Below, in pieces: positions 19,809 through 28,447 of a stretch of 51,647 nucleotides of DNA. The notes under the pieces are model-generated. The model was not told the DNA's origin and ran no database searches. It saw only the letters and a list, made by a program, of their open reading frames with translations. Each line of letters begins with the position of its first letter. The stretch's first letter is position 1. Both the position numbers and the translations under genes were made by a program. The stretch lies in sequence record DRR723986_4788. One strand, 5' to 3'.

Positions 19809-21050
19809 CTACTTCCCGTATACGGCGCGGCCTTTCAACAGGCAGCCATTATTTGAGGCAGAAATCGTCTCTGCCATGACTCGAGTAATGGAACTGGCAA
19901 TCTGCTCAACTAGAAGTGGTACAACGCTATTTCCAAACTGGCGATACGCTTGGGTGTCAGAGACTACTTGTGGGAAGCCGTTGTCGTGACCAAATAGAGT
20001 GGCATATCTGTCTACGTATCCGAGCAAATACTTTGCTTCCTCGGGCGTAATTCGCCGTGGATTCTTCCAACCCTCCTGCTTTATCAGGATTTCAGAGCCA
20101 TCCTTGTGATAACGAGCGCTCATCGTTCTAGCCACGTCCTTGCCTGTATTGAGGCCGTATCCAAAGCCATTTCCTTTAGCTTCATGCTTGGCGCGATAGT
20201 CCCTTAAATACTTCCAGAGCTTGTTGGAAAGCATGTACTTCTTGTCCGGCTCTGACTTTGAGAGTATGTCGGCAAGGACGGGGACATGATCGATTTCTGG
20301 ATCCGGCCACCGAAATTGTATTTGATCCTCTCGACCAAATACGCGGCGATCAAAGCAAACGATAAATATTCGCTCTCTCTTTTGTGGAACCCAATGCCGA
20401 GCGTTGATTACTTTGTGATAAACAATGTAGTCCCGATCAAGCAAGCTCTCCTCAATGACCTGCCATGTTCTGCCTTTGTCATGTGATTTCAGGTTTTTTA
20501 CGTTCTCGAGAAAGAGAACTGGAGGGCGCTTTGCATCAACGATGTCTAGTATCGTGAAAAAGAGGTTGCCCTGCTTTGCGTCCTCAAAGCCGTGGGCTCG
20601 CCCTAAGGAATTCTTCTTCGATACTCCGGCTAGAGAAAAGGGTTGGCATGGAAAGCCAGCGCACAGGACATCATGGTCAGGTACTACCGAAGGTGACAGC
20701 TGGCGAATGTCCTCAGTGTAGACATCTTTATCGCCGTACCATGCTTGGTAGGTCTTTGCTGCGTACTTGTCCCACTCACTGGTGAACACGCAGTTACCAC
20801 CAACAGCGGTCAGCGCACTTCTGAATCCACCTATACCTGCAAACAGATCGATGAAATTAAATGGCACCTGACCGTAGACCCTCTCTGGCTCCTTAGCTTG
20901 AGCGAAGAGCGGTATTTGGTTGGTGTTCTCTTGAGCGAGTGAAATTATTTGTTTCAGATATTCGTTCTGTGAGACCCCGTCTGGGATTGAGTCTCTGAGC
21001 CACGCAAGCTGCGATTCATCAAGATCGCGTATCAGAATGCTGTTTGTCAT
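19809..21050 (-). CDS. dcm: DNA (cytosine-5)-methyltransferase, Dcm/M.EcoRII-like, with N-terminal RHH-like extension
   Basis: FIDLFAGIGG, GFPCQPFS, LENVKNL, QKRERIFIV, RTMSARYHKDGSEILI, YRQFGNSV; start may instead be ATG 21080. Confidence 0.9.
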   Translation of the reverse strand: MTNSILIRDLDESQLAWLRDSIPDGVSQNEYLKQIISLAQENTNQIPLFAQAKEPERVYGQVPFNFIDLFAGIGGFRSALTAVGGNCVFTSEWDKYAAKTYQAWYGDKDVYTEDIRQLSPSVVPDHDVLCAGFPCQPFSLAGVSKKNSLGRAHGFEDAKQGNLFFTILDIVDAKRPPVLFLENVKNLKSHDKGRTWQVIEESLLDRDYIVYHKVINARHWVPQKRERIFIVCFDRRVFGREDQIQFRWPDPEIDHVPVLADILSKSEPDKKYMLSNKLWKYLRDYRAKHEAKGNGFGYGLNTGKDVARTMSARYHKDGSEILIKQEGWKNPRRITPEEAKYLLGYVDRYATLFGHDNGFPQVVSDTQAYRQFGNSVVPLLVEQIASSITRVMAETISASNNGCLLKGRAVYGK

Positions 21051-21060
21051 CTCTTGATCC

Positions 21061-21098
21061 CTGGGAAGTATTGATATCATGATATCAGTTATTCCCAG
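21061..21098. promoter_or_regulatory. Palindromic putative operator upstream of dcm
   Basis: CTGGGAA-N4-TGATATCATGATATCA-N4-TTCCCAG, with a perfect 16-bp central palindrome at 21072-21087. Confidence 0.65.
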
Positions 21099-21519
21099 AT
21101 ATCCACAGCAGTGGCAGATTGCTATGCTCGAAAATACTACACGTGCTGGAATTTCGACCAGACTAGAAAGGTGGGCAGTGGTGCACCTCGACTCTGTAAA
21201 CTAGGAAAGTAGATTTGCCAGTTCTCGATCGCTGTAACTGCCTGCTTGAGGAGATGGAAGGGGCGCGAATGGGGGCGTCACATCTTATGCAGTCAAAAAA
21301 AATTATATAAATCAGAGGGATAAGGGGGCAGTTCGATTGGCTCCAACTCAAGCGAACTAGTATTTCACCTAAGGTCTGACGGAATTCATGTTCAAATCTA
21401 CAGTAGTTACTCTATCACCGCATACGTGGCCCAAGGGAGTTCCGACAGAAATCACCGCTGCAAGCGGACTGAATCGCCCCGGGTTTGTCGGAGGCTCCAT
21501 ATCTTGAGAGGATGGAGCT

Positions 21520-21840
21520 ATGAGCAAATCAAAACGATACTCCCCGGAGTTCCGGGAACGGGCGGTCCGCATGCTGCTTGACCACAAATCTGAATACGAC
21601 TCGGAATGGGCGGCGATGACCGCCATCGCTGTGAAGCTGGGCTGTACAGCCGAGACTTTGCGGTCGTGGGTCAGGCAAGCGGAGAAGGACCTCGGTCTTC
21701 GCGACGGCGTCACTAGCGACGAGCGGAAGCGCCTCAAGGATCTAGAACGGGAGAACCGTGAGCTGAAGCGCGCTAACGAGATTCTCCGTAAGGCTTCTGC
21801 TTATTTTGCCCAGGCGGAGCTCGACCGCCGACCGAAGTGA
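21520..21840 (+). CDS. IS3 transposase OrfA
   Basis: [16 protein letters not shown], leucine zipper [26 protein letters not shown]. Confidence 0.92.
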   Translation: MSKSKRYSPEFRERAVRMLLDHKSEYDSEWAAMTAIAVKLGCTAETLRSWVRQAEKDLGLRDGVTSDERKRLKDLERENRELKRANEILRKASAYFAQAELDRRPK

Positions 21841-22739
21841 TGGTGTCGTTTATAGACGATCACCGTGAGGAGTACGGGGTCGAGCCGATCTGTAGCCAGT
21901 TGCCGATTGCCCCGTCCACCTTCTACGACCATCAGGACAAGCGCAGCCACCCGGAGCGGCGGTCAAGCCGCGCCAAGCAGGATGATGTCCTGTGCCCGGA
22001 GGTCCAGCGGGTCTGGGAGGAAAACTTCAAGGTATACGGCGCCCATAAGGTCTGGAAGCAGCTAAACCGAGAGGACTTCGAGGTGGCCCGCTGTACGGTC
22101 GAACGGCTGATGAAGCGCCTGGGACTGGAAGGCGCCAGGCGTGGCAGGGGCTGCCGGACGACGATTCCGGATACCGGAGCGGACCGGCCTGCTGACCTGG
22201 TGCAACGCCAGTTTGTGGCAGATCGTCCTAACCAGCTGTGGGTGGCCGACATCACCTACGTGGCGACCTGGCGTGGATTCGCTTATGTGGCCTTCGTCAT
22301 CGACGTGTTTTCCCGCCACATCGTTGGCTGGCGGGTGGCCAGCTCGATGCGCACGGACCTGGTGCTGGATGCTCTGGAACACGCTGTGTGGGCCCGTGGC
22401 GGTGCACAGGGCGTGATACACCACAGCGACAGGGGAAGTCAGTATCTGTCGATCCGCTACTCCGAGCGGCTGCCGGAGGCCGGCATGGAGTCTTCAGTGG
22501 GGAGCCGGGGCGACTCTTACGACAACGCCCTGGCCGAGACCATCAACGGTTTATACAAGACGGAGGTTATTCGACCACGCGGCCCTTGGCGCACCGTGGA
22601 CGAGGTGGAATACGCAACGCTGGAATGGGTTGACTGGTTCAACAACCGGCGTCTGCTGAAACCTATCGGTGATATCCCGCCGGTAGAATTGGAATTGGCG
22701 TATTATCGCCAGGAGGAAGAGTCAGCCATTGCGGCCTGA
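21837..22739 (+). CDS. IS3 transposase OrfB (DDE domain; normally fused to OrfA by -1 frameshift)
   Basis: [31 protein letters not shown]. Confidence 0.92.
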   Translation: MMVSFIDDHREEYGVEPICSQLPIAPSTFYDHQDKRSHPERRSSRAKQDDVLCPEVQRVWEENFKVYGAHKVWKQLNREDFEVARCTVERLMKRLGLEGARRGRGCRTTIPDTGADRPADLVQRQFVADRPNQLWVADITYVATWRGFAYVAFVIDVFSRHIVGWRVASSMRTDLVLDALEHAVWARGGAQGVIHHSDRGSQYLSIRYSERLPEAGMESSVGSRGDSYDNALAETINGLYKTEVIRPRGPWRTVDEVEYATLEWVDWFNNRRLLKPIGDIPPVELELAYYRQEEESAIAA

Positions 22740-22779
22740 CTCAAACAAACGAGCCTCCGGAATACCCGGGGCGATTCAA

Positions 22780-22842
22780 AAAGATCTTGTAGTCTTTTTC
22801 CCTGGGCACTGCATTCCTTGCTTGAATTGCCGTTATGGGCAT
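22780..22842 (-). pseudogene. 5' remnant (21 codons) of a P4-type tyrosine integrase, truncated at the IS3 end
   Basis: AGGAGG RBS and ATG 22842 give MPITAIQARNAVPREKDYKIF, resembling P4-like integrase arm-binding N-termini; expected position and orientation next to att. Confidence 0.75.
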
Positions 22843-23030
22843 TGGTGACCTCCTGTCGTCCATCAATGGTGGGGGCACCTGATACTGATGGGGAGATGTA
22901 CCCCCAACCCGTACCCCCGATTAGCAAGGATATTCTCGCATGCTGCAGGACGTTATCAGGTGCCTACGAACCACAAATCCCCTGAGAATCAGGGGTTTGT
23001 GGACGTAGTGAGATGTTGCAGGATAAATGA

Positions 23031-23049
23031 TTGGTGGAGGCGGCGGGAG
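23031..23049 (-). repeat. att site: copy of ssrA 3' end at the island A/B junction
   Basis: TTGGTGGAGGCGGCGGGAG identical to 33686-33704. Confidence 0.92.
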
Positions 23050-23181
23050 CCAAATTATTGATGTAACCCTTTGATATTATTGGGGATGATGTCCGGTAGT
23101 TTGGGGAACCGGGGCCACTGTTCCCCAAATTGTGCTAAGCCGGGTTCAAATCCCGCTTATGCAACGGGTTCAATTCCCGAC

Positions 23182-23313
23182 TTACGGCTTGCCCCGGTAA
23201 AGGTCCCGGAGTAGTTGTTGCTTCCGTTCTTCCAGAATCTTTACCTCCCGGCGTAGTTGTTCCTTCCGGTGGGCTAACCGTTCCGTTTGTCCTGGTCTGT
23301 TCCTTTGAGTCAT
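23182..23313 (-). CDS. Small coiled-coil hypothetical protein (43 aa)
   Basis: GGAGG RBS (23322-23326) and ATG 23313; MTQRNRPGQTERLAHRKEQLRREVKILEERKQQLLRDLYRGKP. Confidence 0.5.
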   Translation of the reverse strand: MTQRNRPGQTERLAHRKEQLRREVKILEERKQQLLRDLYRGKP

Positions 23314-23659
23314 AAGCTGGTCCTCCGCATCTTTGGATTTTACCACCACCAGGGGGTCTACCTGTAGCACCTGGCTACGTGGGGGGAGGGGGCTTGGGTC
23401 CGAACCCTAGCGCAAGCCCCGGGCTAGCGGAGAGTCAAACCACGTGTGAGACACGGCCCCAAAAAGTGCTAGGGGCCGAGATTCCTAGCCCACAAGCCCA
23501 TACCAAACCGAATGGTCGCATCTGACGTTCCCCGGGTGGTGGGAAGGTGATTCAATGCCGCGCTGTATCACCTGTGTTGTGGCGACCTTTTGAATCCGCG
23601 CCTCAAAGCGGACAGTTTTCGGGAATGTTTGAATCTTCACTAGGGGGCCAGGAATGACT

Positions 23660-23733
23660 CGCTAACACGTCAATAACCACCTCAGCTTGCTGTGTCTGGC
23701 GCCGAAGGAGTGAGGTTGATTGACTTGTTAGAC
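23660..23733 (-). other. Integron attC recombination site (74 bp)
   Basis: Minus strand R'' GTCTAAC, 5 nt, L'' AATCAACC ... L' GGTTATT, 5 nt, R' GTTAGCG; L'' has the extra unpaired C; starts 25 bp after the acyltransferase stop. Confidence 0.8.
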
Positions 23734-23758
23734 TCCGTCTCCACAAATTATCCTAAAA

Positions 23759-24898
23759 CTATCTAAGGAGTTTGGTAGAAAAATACTTCGCTAAAGATAT
23801 GGAATACTTGTCAATAGTTACCTCAAAGGCCCAAGAAAAAGCAAAGCAAATTACTAGATAAGAAGAAAATATAAACAGCAAAGAATATTCAGATAGTGGG
23901 AGTGTGATGTATAGATAGCTAGTTATTGATGGCAGCACTATGAAATGAACTAAGTATAGAGGAAATGATATCCGACCAAGGAACTGAATGGACTTTGATT
24001 CAAGAAATCTTTTTCCTACGCCATTGACTACCGCTAATACGATTAGTAACGCTGACACTGTATTGTAGAAAGTTTTCTTATCAAATATGACGCCACCAAA
24101 TAAATTTATATCGGGTAAAAGCTGATATACCGGAACTTTGCTTTGAAATGCACCAAAAAATAATCCTGCAATTAGCGCGGATAGAGCATATCCTCTGCTG
24201 ACCCTAAATCTATTTAGGAGAGCGCCAATGAAAATGGAAATGTAATAAATAGATTCGTTTTTATAAACCCAATACAACAAAAGAATTGCGAAAGATAACG
24301 TCAATATCTCGTATCTAGTCGGCTTGCACAAATAGTACACAAGTAGAAAAATGGATCCTAGAAATTCAATTTTTAAGGTCCAAAGAGGTGGGTTTAGTAG
24401 CCCGTCTCCATACAATATTGATTTATAAGTTGCCAACTCAAAATAGTTAGAGAATGTTATTCCTTCGGGGAAAAAATTGCTCAGCCAGCTTGTTGATCCA
24501 GAAATTTCAGCCGCTTCCGTATTATAAAATCCGCCCATTTCGTAGATTACATAGGACAGAGTAACAGATGCAGCTATTGGTAAATTTAAGCGAATGTATC
24601 GACCCCATAATCGGCTTTTAATCGCATCTAAATTATTTCTGTAATACGGCATCGATAGTACAAACCCGGAAAGAACGAAAAAAATAAGTACAGCCAAATG
24701 GCCGTTATAAGATAGAGATATTAATGGAGTCTGAAGTAGTTCAAAGAGCTTACTTGGATTGCTATTCTCAGAAAAAATATCCGGATAATTCCTATGAAGA
24801 AGCATAGGCGTAAAAGCACATGCAAAGTGAGCTAACGCCACATTAAGAGCAGCTAACCCTCTGAGTCCGTCAACGGGCTTGTTATGGATCATATTCAT
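23759..24898 (-). CDS. Acyltransferase-3 (OafA/YrhL-like) membrane O-acyltransferase, low-GC cassette cargo
   Basis: DGLRGLAALNV, AVLIFFVLSGFVL, RYIRL, LWTLKIE, LGRISFPLYLVH; many TM helices. Confidence 0.88.
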   Translation of the reverse strand: MNMIHNKPVDGLRGLAALNVALAHFACAFTPMLLHRNYPDIFSENSNPSKLFELLQTPLISLSYNGHLAVLIFFVLSGFVLSMPYYRNNLDAIKSRLWGRYIRLNLPIAASVTLSYVIYEMGGFYNTEAAEISGSTSWLSNFFPEGITFSNYFELATYKSILYGDGLLNPPLWTLKIEFLGSIFLLVYYLCKPTRYEILTLSFAILLLYWVYKNESIYYISIFIGALLNRFRVSRGYALSALIAGLFFGAFQSKVPVYQLLPDINLFGGVIFDKKTFYNTVSALLIVLAVVNGVGKRFLESKSIQFLGRISFPLYLVHFIVLPSITSYLYITLPLSEYSLLFIFSSYLVICFAFSWAFEVTIDKYSISLAKYFSTKLLR

Positions 24899-25202
24899 AA
24901 TAGCTTTTAACTCTATTGGAGCCTAACATCGAGCTACAGAGAACGGGGTTGTTAAGACGTTCCCACTCAACGCAGATTTGGCTTATTTGGTAAATTGCCT
25001 CAAGATCAATCTCCTGGCAAATTCTTTTGGCGCGTTTAACGGTGGACTAGAGGCCATTTATTGGCCGAAAATGATGCTTAGTTAGCGCCCACGATTAGGC
25101 GAAAGCGGGCTTGCCCCAACAGTGCATGGAAGGGGGTTTTGCTTCCCGCTTGTATGGCCGGAAGCAGGACCCACATTGCTTAGATTGCTGCCGCTGCCGT
25201 CG

Positions 25203-26912
25203 TCACCCTATCCAACCTATAGACGCAAAAGTTTCGGAGCCCCCGCGTTCTAGCATTAGCTCCGTTGCGGACAAGACGGCCATTAGCCCGTCTATTTTCA
25301 TTTGGCCGGACCCGGATAGGCCGGCGTCGTCTTTAGCGAACCGCCTACCTTGCGGCCCGTCTTCAAGGCGTAAATTTTGAATGTTGAAAGACAACAACGG
25401 GGAGTGAACTACCCGTAGTTTTTGGTCTAACACCATTGCCTCTAACGCGTCATAGGCCCTTACCAGGGTCCACCCTTGTTTAACTTCTTCAAACTGCCCA
25501 TGCCCTATTACTTCCTGTTCCAACCGGGGCACAAAACCACTCCGTCCGTGGCGGTCCCCTCCGCATAAGGACCCGTAACCGCCTATGCCGGATAGCCGGA
25601 TAGAAGCGATTACCGCGGCGTCTAGGGCGTCTACGGTGTCGTATAGGGTTAGTTCGTCACACGCTATAGCCTTGTCATAAATGGCCCGCAGGAAGTCCGG
25701 GGCGGCGGTGTATCCGTGGCGGGAGAGATATTGCTTTACCCGGACGCACAACACCCCGGGGCTTTCCGGGTTGTCCCACCAGGCAAAGGCAACCGCAAAG
25801 GGGTCATTTACCCCGCCCGGGTCTAGTGCAACGGCCCTGGGTTTAGCGGCAGGGTCTAGGGGGACCGGGACGCCTTCCCACCCGCTTTGTAATACGGACC
25901 GGCCTACGGACCCTTCGTTGGGTTCGATACCTAACCGCTGGCTAAGTAACCGGGCTAGGGTAGCGGGGGACTCGGTACGCTTTGCCTCCGCAAACTCCCG
26001 GGCCATTTCCGCGGGGTCCATTGTTCCGCCAGGTACGCAAGAGGGCATACCCCGCCACCATTGTCCCGGGTCCTCGGGGTCTAGGTCCTGCCGGTGGGTA
26101 GGCCATTCGAAAAGTACCGGGAGGAACGACGGGTCGTGTATTTTCCCGTCCCGTACTTGTCGGGCGTAATTCAACAACTCGGACCACACCCCGGCAGACT
26201 TCTCCGGGGGCGAAGTTGATATATGAATTTCCAAGAACTCCGCACCCCAATTACTTCCCCCGCGGCGGGCCTGGTCTAGAACGTTTGCGAACTGTTTACA
26301 TTCCAATGCGCTGCTATGGGTTTCGTCCGAAATGAGGCAAATAGGGCGCCGGCCTATAGCGGAGTCTATTTTTACCGGGGCAATCTCTAGCGTTATCCCC
26401 GACTCTACGTGTACCAACTGCCGCTTGGCCGTGTAGGTGCGGAATTGGTCCTTCAACTCCGGGTCTAACTTGATACTTTCTAATACGTGCTGAAACACAA
26501 TGTCGCTAGTCCGCACGTTGGGGGAGAGAATCATAATCAGGGCCCGGTGGTGTAGCCCCCGCATTGCGTAATCCACCATTAGGGCTTGTGCGAATGCGCT
26601 GACCAAGACGGACTTGCCGCTACCTTTTCCGCATTTGATAAATACCCGGTTTACTTCCCGGTTGCCTTCTTCGTCTAGTTGGCCGAAGACGTAGCGCGTA
26701 ATCTCCCGTTGCCAAGCCATTGCCGTATCCGCCAGCCTTACCCCGGCCCGCATTTGTGACAACGTGAATAAGCCCACCAGGTCCCACATACGTTGGCCCC
26801 TCCCGTCATAGTCGGGGGTGGCCGGTACCATATCTTCCGGGGTGGTCGCTAAGTCCCAACCGGGGTTGGCGGTTGTCCCGATAGGGCGCCGGTACTTCTT
26901 GGGCTTAGTCAT
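25203..26912 (-). CDS. Phage terminase large subunit (HK97/cos-like)
   Basis: MAWQ adenine motif, Walker A GKGSGKS, Walker B LISDETH, nuclease ALDPGGVND and KIDGLMA; ATGA overlap with terS. Confidence 0.85.
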   Translation of the reverse strand: MTKPKKYRRPIGTTANPGWDLATTPEDMVPATPDYDGRGQRMWDLVGLFTLSQMRAGVRLADTAMAWQREITRYVFGQLDEEGNREVNRVFIKCGKGSGKSVLVSAFAQALMVDYAMRGLHHRALIMILSPNVRTSDIVFQHVLESIKLDPELKDQFRTYTAKRQLVHVESGITLEIAPVKIDSAIGRRPICLISDETHSSALECKQFANVLDQARRGGSNWGAEFLEIHISTSPPEKSAGVWSELLNYARQVRDGKIHDPSFLPVLFEWPTHRQDLDPEDPGQWWRGMPSCVPGGTMDPAEMAREFAEAKRTESPATLARLLSQRLGIEPNEGSVGRSVLQSGWEGVPVPLDPAAKPRAVALDPGGVNDPFAVAFAWWDNPESPGVLCVRVKQYLSRHGYTAAPDFLRAIYDKAIACDELTLYDTVDALDAAVIASIRLSGIGGYGSLCGGDRHGRSGFVPRLEQEVIGHGQFEEVKQGWTLVRAYDALEAMVLDQKLRVVHSPLLSFNIQNLRLEDGPQGRRFAKDDAGLSGSGQMKIDGLMAVLSATELMLERGGSETFASIGWIG

Positions 26913-27337
26913 TTGCGGACCGCCTCCGCCCAAACGCCCTTAGTCTTAGACGCTACGGTGGGTTCTTCCTTCACGATAGGTTGGCTACGGACTACGGTTA
27001 GGCCGAGACAAGCCCCCGCTTTTGCCAGGGTGTTTACCACGGTTGGGTAACTCACCATTGCCGGGTTTTTCTTCCCGTCCGGTAGGGTCACACCCTCGAC
27101 AACGATAGACGCCACAATTTCTTGGAGGGCGTGGCTTCCGGCTACGTAGGCCACCACCAGGGGTAGGCGGTCATCGTGCCATAGCCCTTCTTGGTACAGG
27201 TTCTTACAAACGCGCCGGTATTCCACCCGGGCACCTATCGGTAAACAGGAAGGCATTGGGGGTGGTTTCCAAGCCGGTTGTTTGGGTTTGGCGGTAGGTG
27301 ATACCCGAAGGGTCCCCTTTGCGTTTAGTTGGGCCAT
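26909..27337 (-). CDS. Phage terminase small subunit (P27-like)
   Basis: GGAGG RBS and ATG 27337; PPPMPSCL..ARVEYRRV, KKNPA, LGLT; lies between HNH and terL. Confidence 0.75.
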   Translation of the reverse strand: MAQLNAKGTLRVSPTAKPKQPAWKPPPMPSCLPIGARVEYRRVCKNLYQEGLWHDDRLPLVVAYVAGSHALQEIVASIVVEGVTLPDGKKNPAMVSYPTVVNTLAKAGACLGLTVVRSQPIVKEEPTVASKTKGVWAEAVRK

Positions 27338-27348
27338 AAGTGCCTCCG

Positions 27349-27777
27349 TTAGTCCTTCTTGTCCTGGTACCGGCGTAGTAACCGTTCGGCTATCTCGCCG
27401 GCCGTTTGCGGGCTTCCAGGGGCCCGCTTTGGACCCCCGGAATAAAATCCGTGGGTCCCCGTGTGGTCTAGACGCCCCTTCTTTGTTTGGGACTCCCCCC
27501 GCCCCCTTCCGGTACTGCGGGCCCGGAAGGGGTTGTAAGACTCCCGCGTGGTCTTGGTTGAATGGCACGACTGGCACAAACTCTGCCACCCGGCAGGGTC
27601 CCAAAACGTTTGTTGCCAGTTGTCTCCGTGTCCGTGTTTGTGGTCCACGACGCGGGCAGGGGAACCGCAGGTAGCACAGTTGGCATTGGCAGCCAGGAAC
27701 CTAGCCCGGGCCTTTTGCCAACGTGCGGTCCGGTATAGTTTCTTCCGGGCGGCGGTGTCGGGGCTCAACTTAGCCAT
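27349..27777 (-). CDS. HNH endonuclease (HK97 gp74-like terminase cofactor)
   Basis: YRTARWQKARARFL, CATC, VDH, WQSLCQSCHSTKT; ATG 27777 overlaps the upstream stop. Confidence 0.85.
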   Translation of the reverse strand: MAKLSPDTAARKKLYRTARWQKARARFLAANANCATCGSPARVVDHKHGHGDNWQQTFWDPAGWQSLCQSCHSTKTTRESYNPFRARSTGRGRGESQTKKGRLDHTGTHGFYSGGPKRAPGSPQTAGEIAERLLRRYQDKKD

Positions 27778-28222
27778 TGGGCAAACTCGTACATCGGCCA
27801 AGTCCCAGGTACTTCCGGGTTTCCTGGTCCTTAATGAATACCTTTGTTCGTTGGCCGGAGGACTGTTGTAACGCTATATATCCCGCTTCCTCCAACTGAA
27901 TTAGGGCGTTCCGGTAGGTCCAACGGGAGAAACCGCAAGCCGTAATTACTCCGCGGGGTGGCTTGGGGTATTCGGTTTTATGGGGAATCTTCCCGTATAG
28001 GCATAACAACAGGTACGCCTTCGATGCGGGGCTACCTAAGTTGGCTACCCGGCACCATAACGAAAGGGGAATATCCGGGAGCCACAACTTAGATAGGGGA
28101 TCTTCCTTTGGGGCCTGTCCTTGTTCCTGCCCCGCTAGATACTCCCGCTTCAGTCTAGCCAATTCGTTAGCCTGTTCCTCGGATACACGGAATCTCTCTA
28201 TGTCCAATACTTCGTCTACCAC
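27770..28222 (-). CDS. Winged-helix-like DNA-binding protein, candidate replication initiator/regulator
   Basis: C-terminal GFSRWTYRNALIQLEEAGYIALQQSSGQRTKVFI fits a wHTH pattern; GGAG RBS; adjacent to the iteron array. Confidence 0.6.
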   Translation of the reverse strand: MVDEVLDIERFRVSEEQANELARLKREYLAGQEQGQAPKEDPLSKLWLPDIPLSLWCRVANLGSPASKAYLLLCLYGKIPHKTEYPKPPRGVITACGFSRWTYRNALIQLEEAGYIALQQSSGQRTKVFIKDQETRKYLGLGRCTSLPNG

Positions 28223-28325
28223 TACTTAATCTCCCTAATACCTACCTACTAGTTATTAATTAATCTCTATACAGATAAGAAACAGATAGAACAGATTAGA
28301 AACATATATATATGGGACCCGGGTG

Positions 28326-28447
28326 TGAGAAATCTCACTACCCCGTTGAGAAATCTCACCACTACCGTTGAGAAATCTCACCACTACCGGTGAGAAATCT
28401 CACCACCCACTGTTGAGAAATCTCAACACCACTGTTGAGAAATCTCA
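28326..28447. repeat. Six tandem copies of the near-palindrome TGAGAAATCTCA (putative iterons/origin)
   Basis: Copies start at 28326, 28347, 28369, 28391, 28414 and 28436 (period 21-23 bp); AT-rich tract at ~28245-28313. Confidence 0.85.

Larger units (their letters stand above)
21470..22778 (+). mobile_element. IS3-family insertion sequence (IS51/IS629-like), 1309 bp
   Basis: TG...CA ends; 28-bp terminal inverted repeats matching at 25/28 (TGAATCGCCCCGGG...); orfA/orfB; no flanking target duplication. Confidence 0.93.
9615..23045. mobile_element. Island B: ssrA-integrated defence island (~13.4 kb) with destroyed integrase
   Basis: Flanked by direct copies of the ssrA 3' end, lower GC than the flanks by eye, GTACCCCC repeats near both ends, integrase remnant at 22780-22842. 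Confidence 0.85.

Noticed and set aside
23141-23179. tRNA gene
   Set aside because: Only T-arm-like hairpins; no acceptor, D or anticodon stems.
27338-27604. N-terminal extension of TerS to 231 aa
   Set aside because: Overlaps the HNH gene; GGAGG plus ATG at 27337 is the better start.
28326-28447. Mini-CRISPR array
   Set aside because: Repeat core is only 12 bp, linkers are 9-11 bp and similar to each other, and no cas genes are present; fits iterons.
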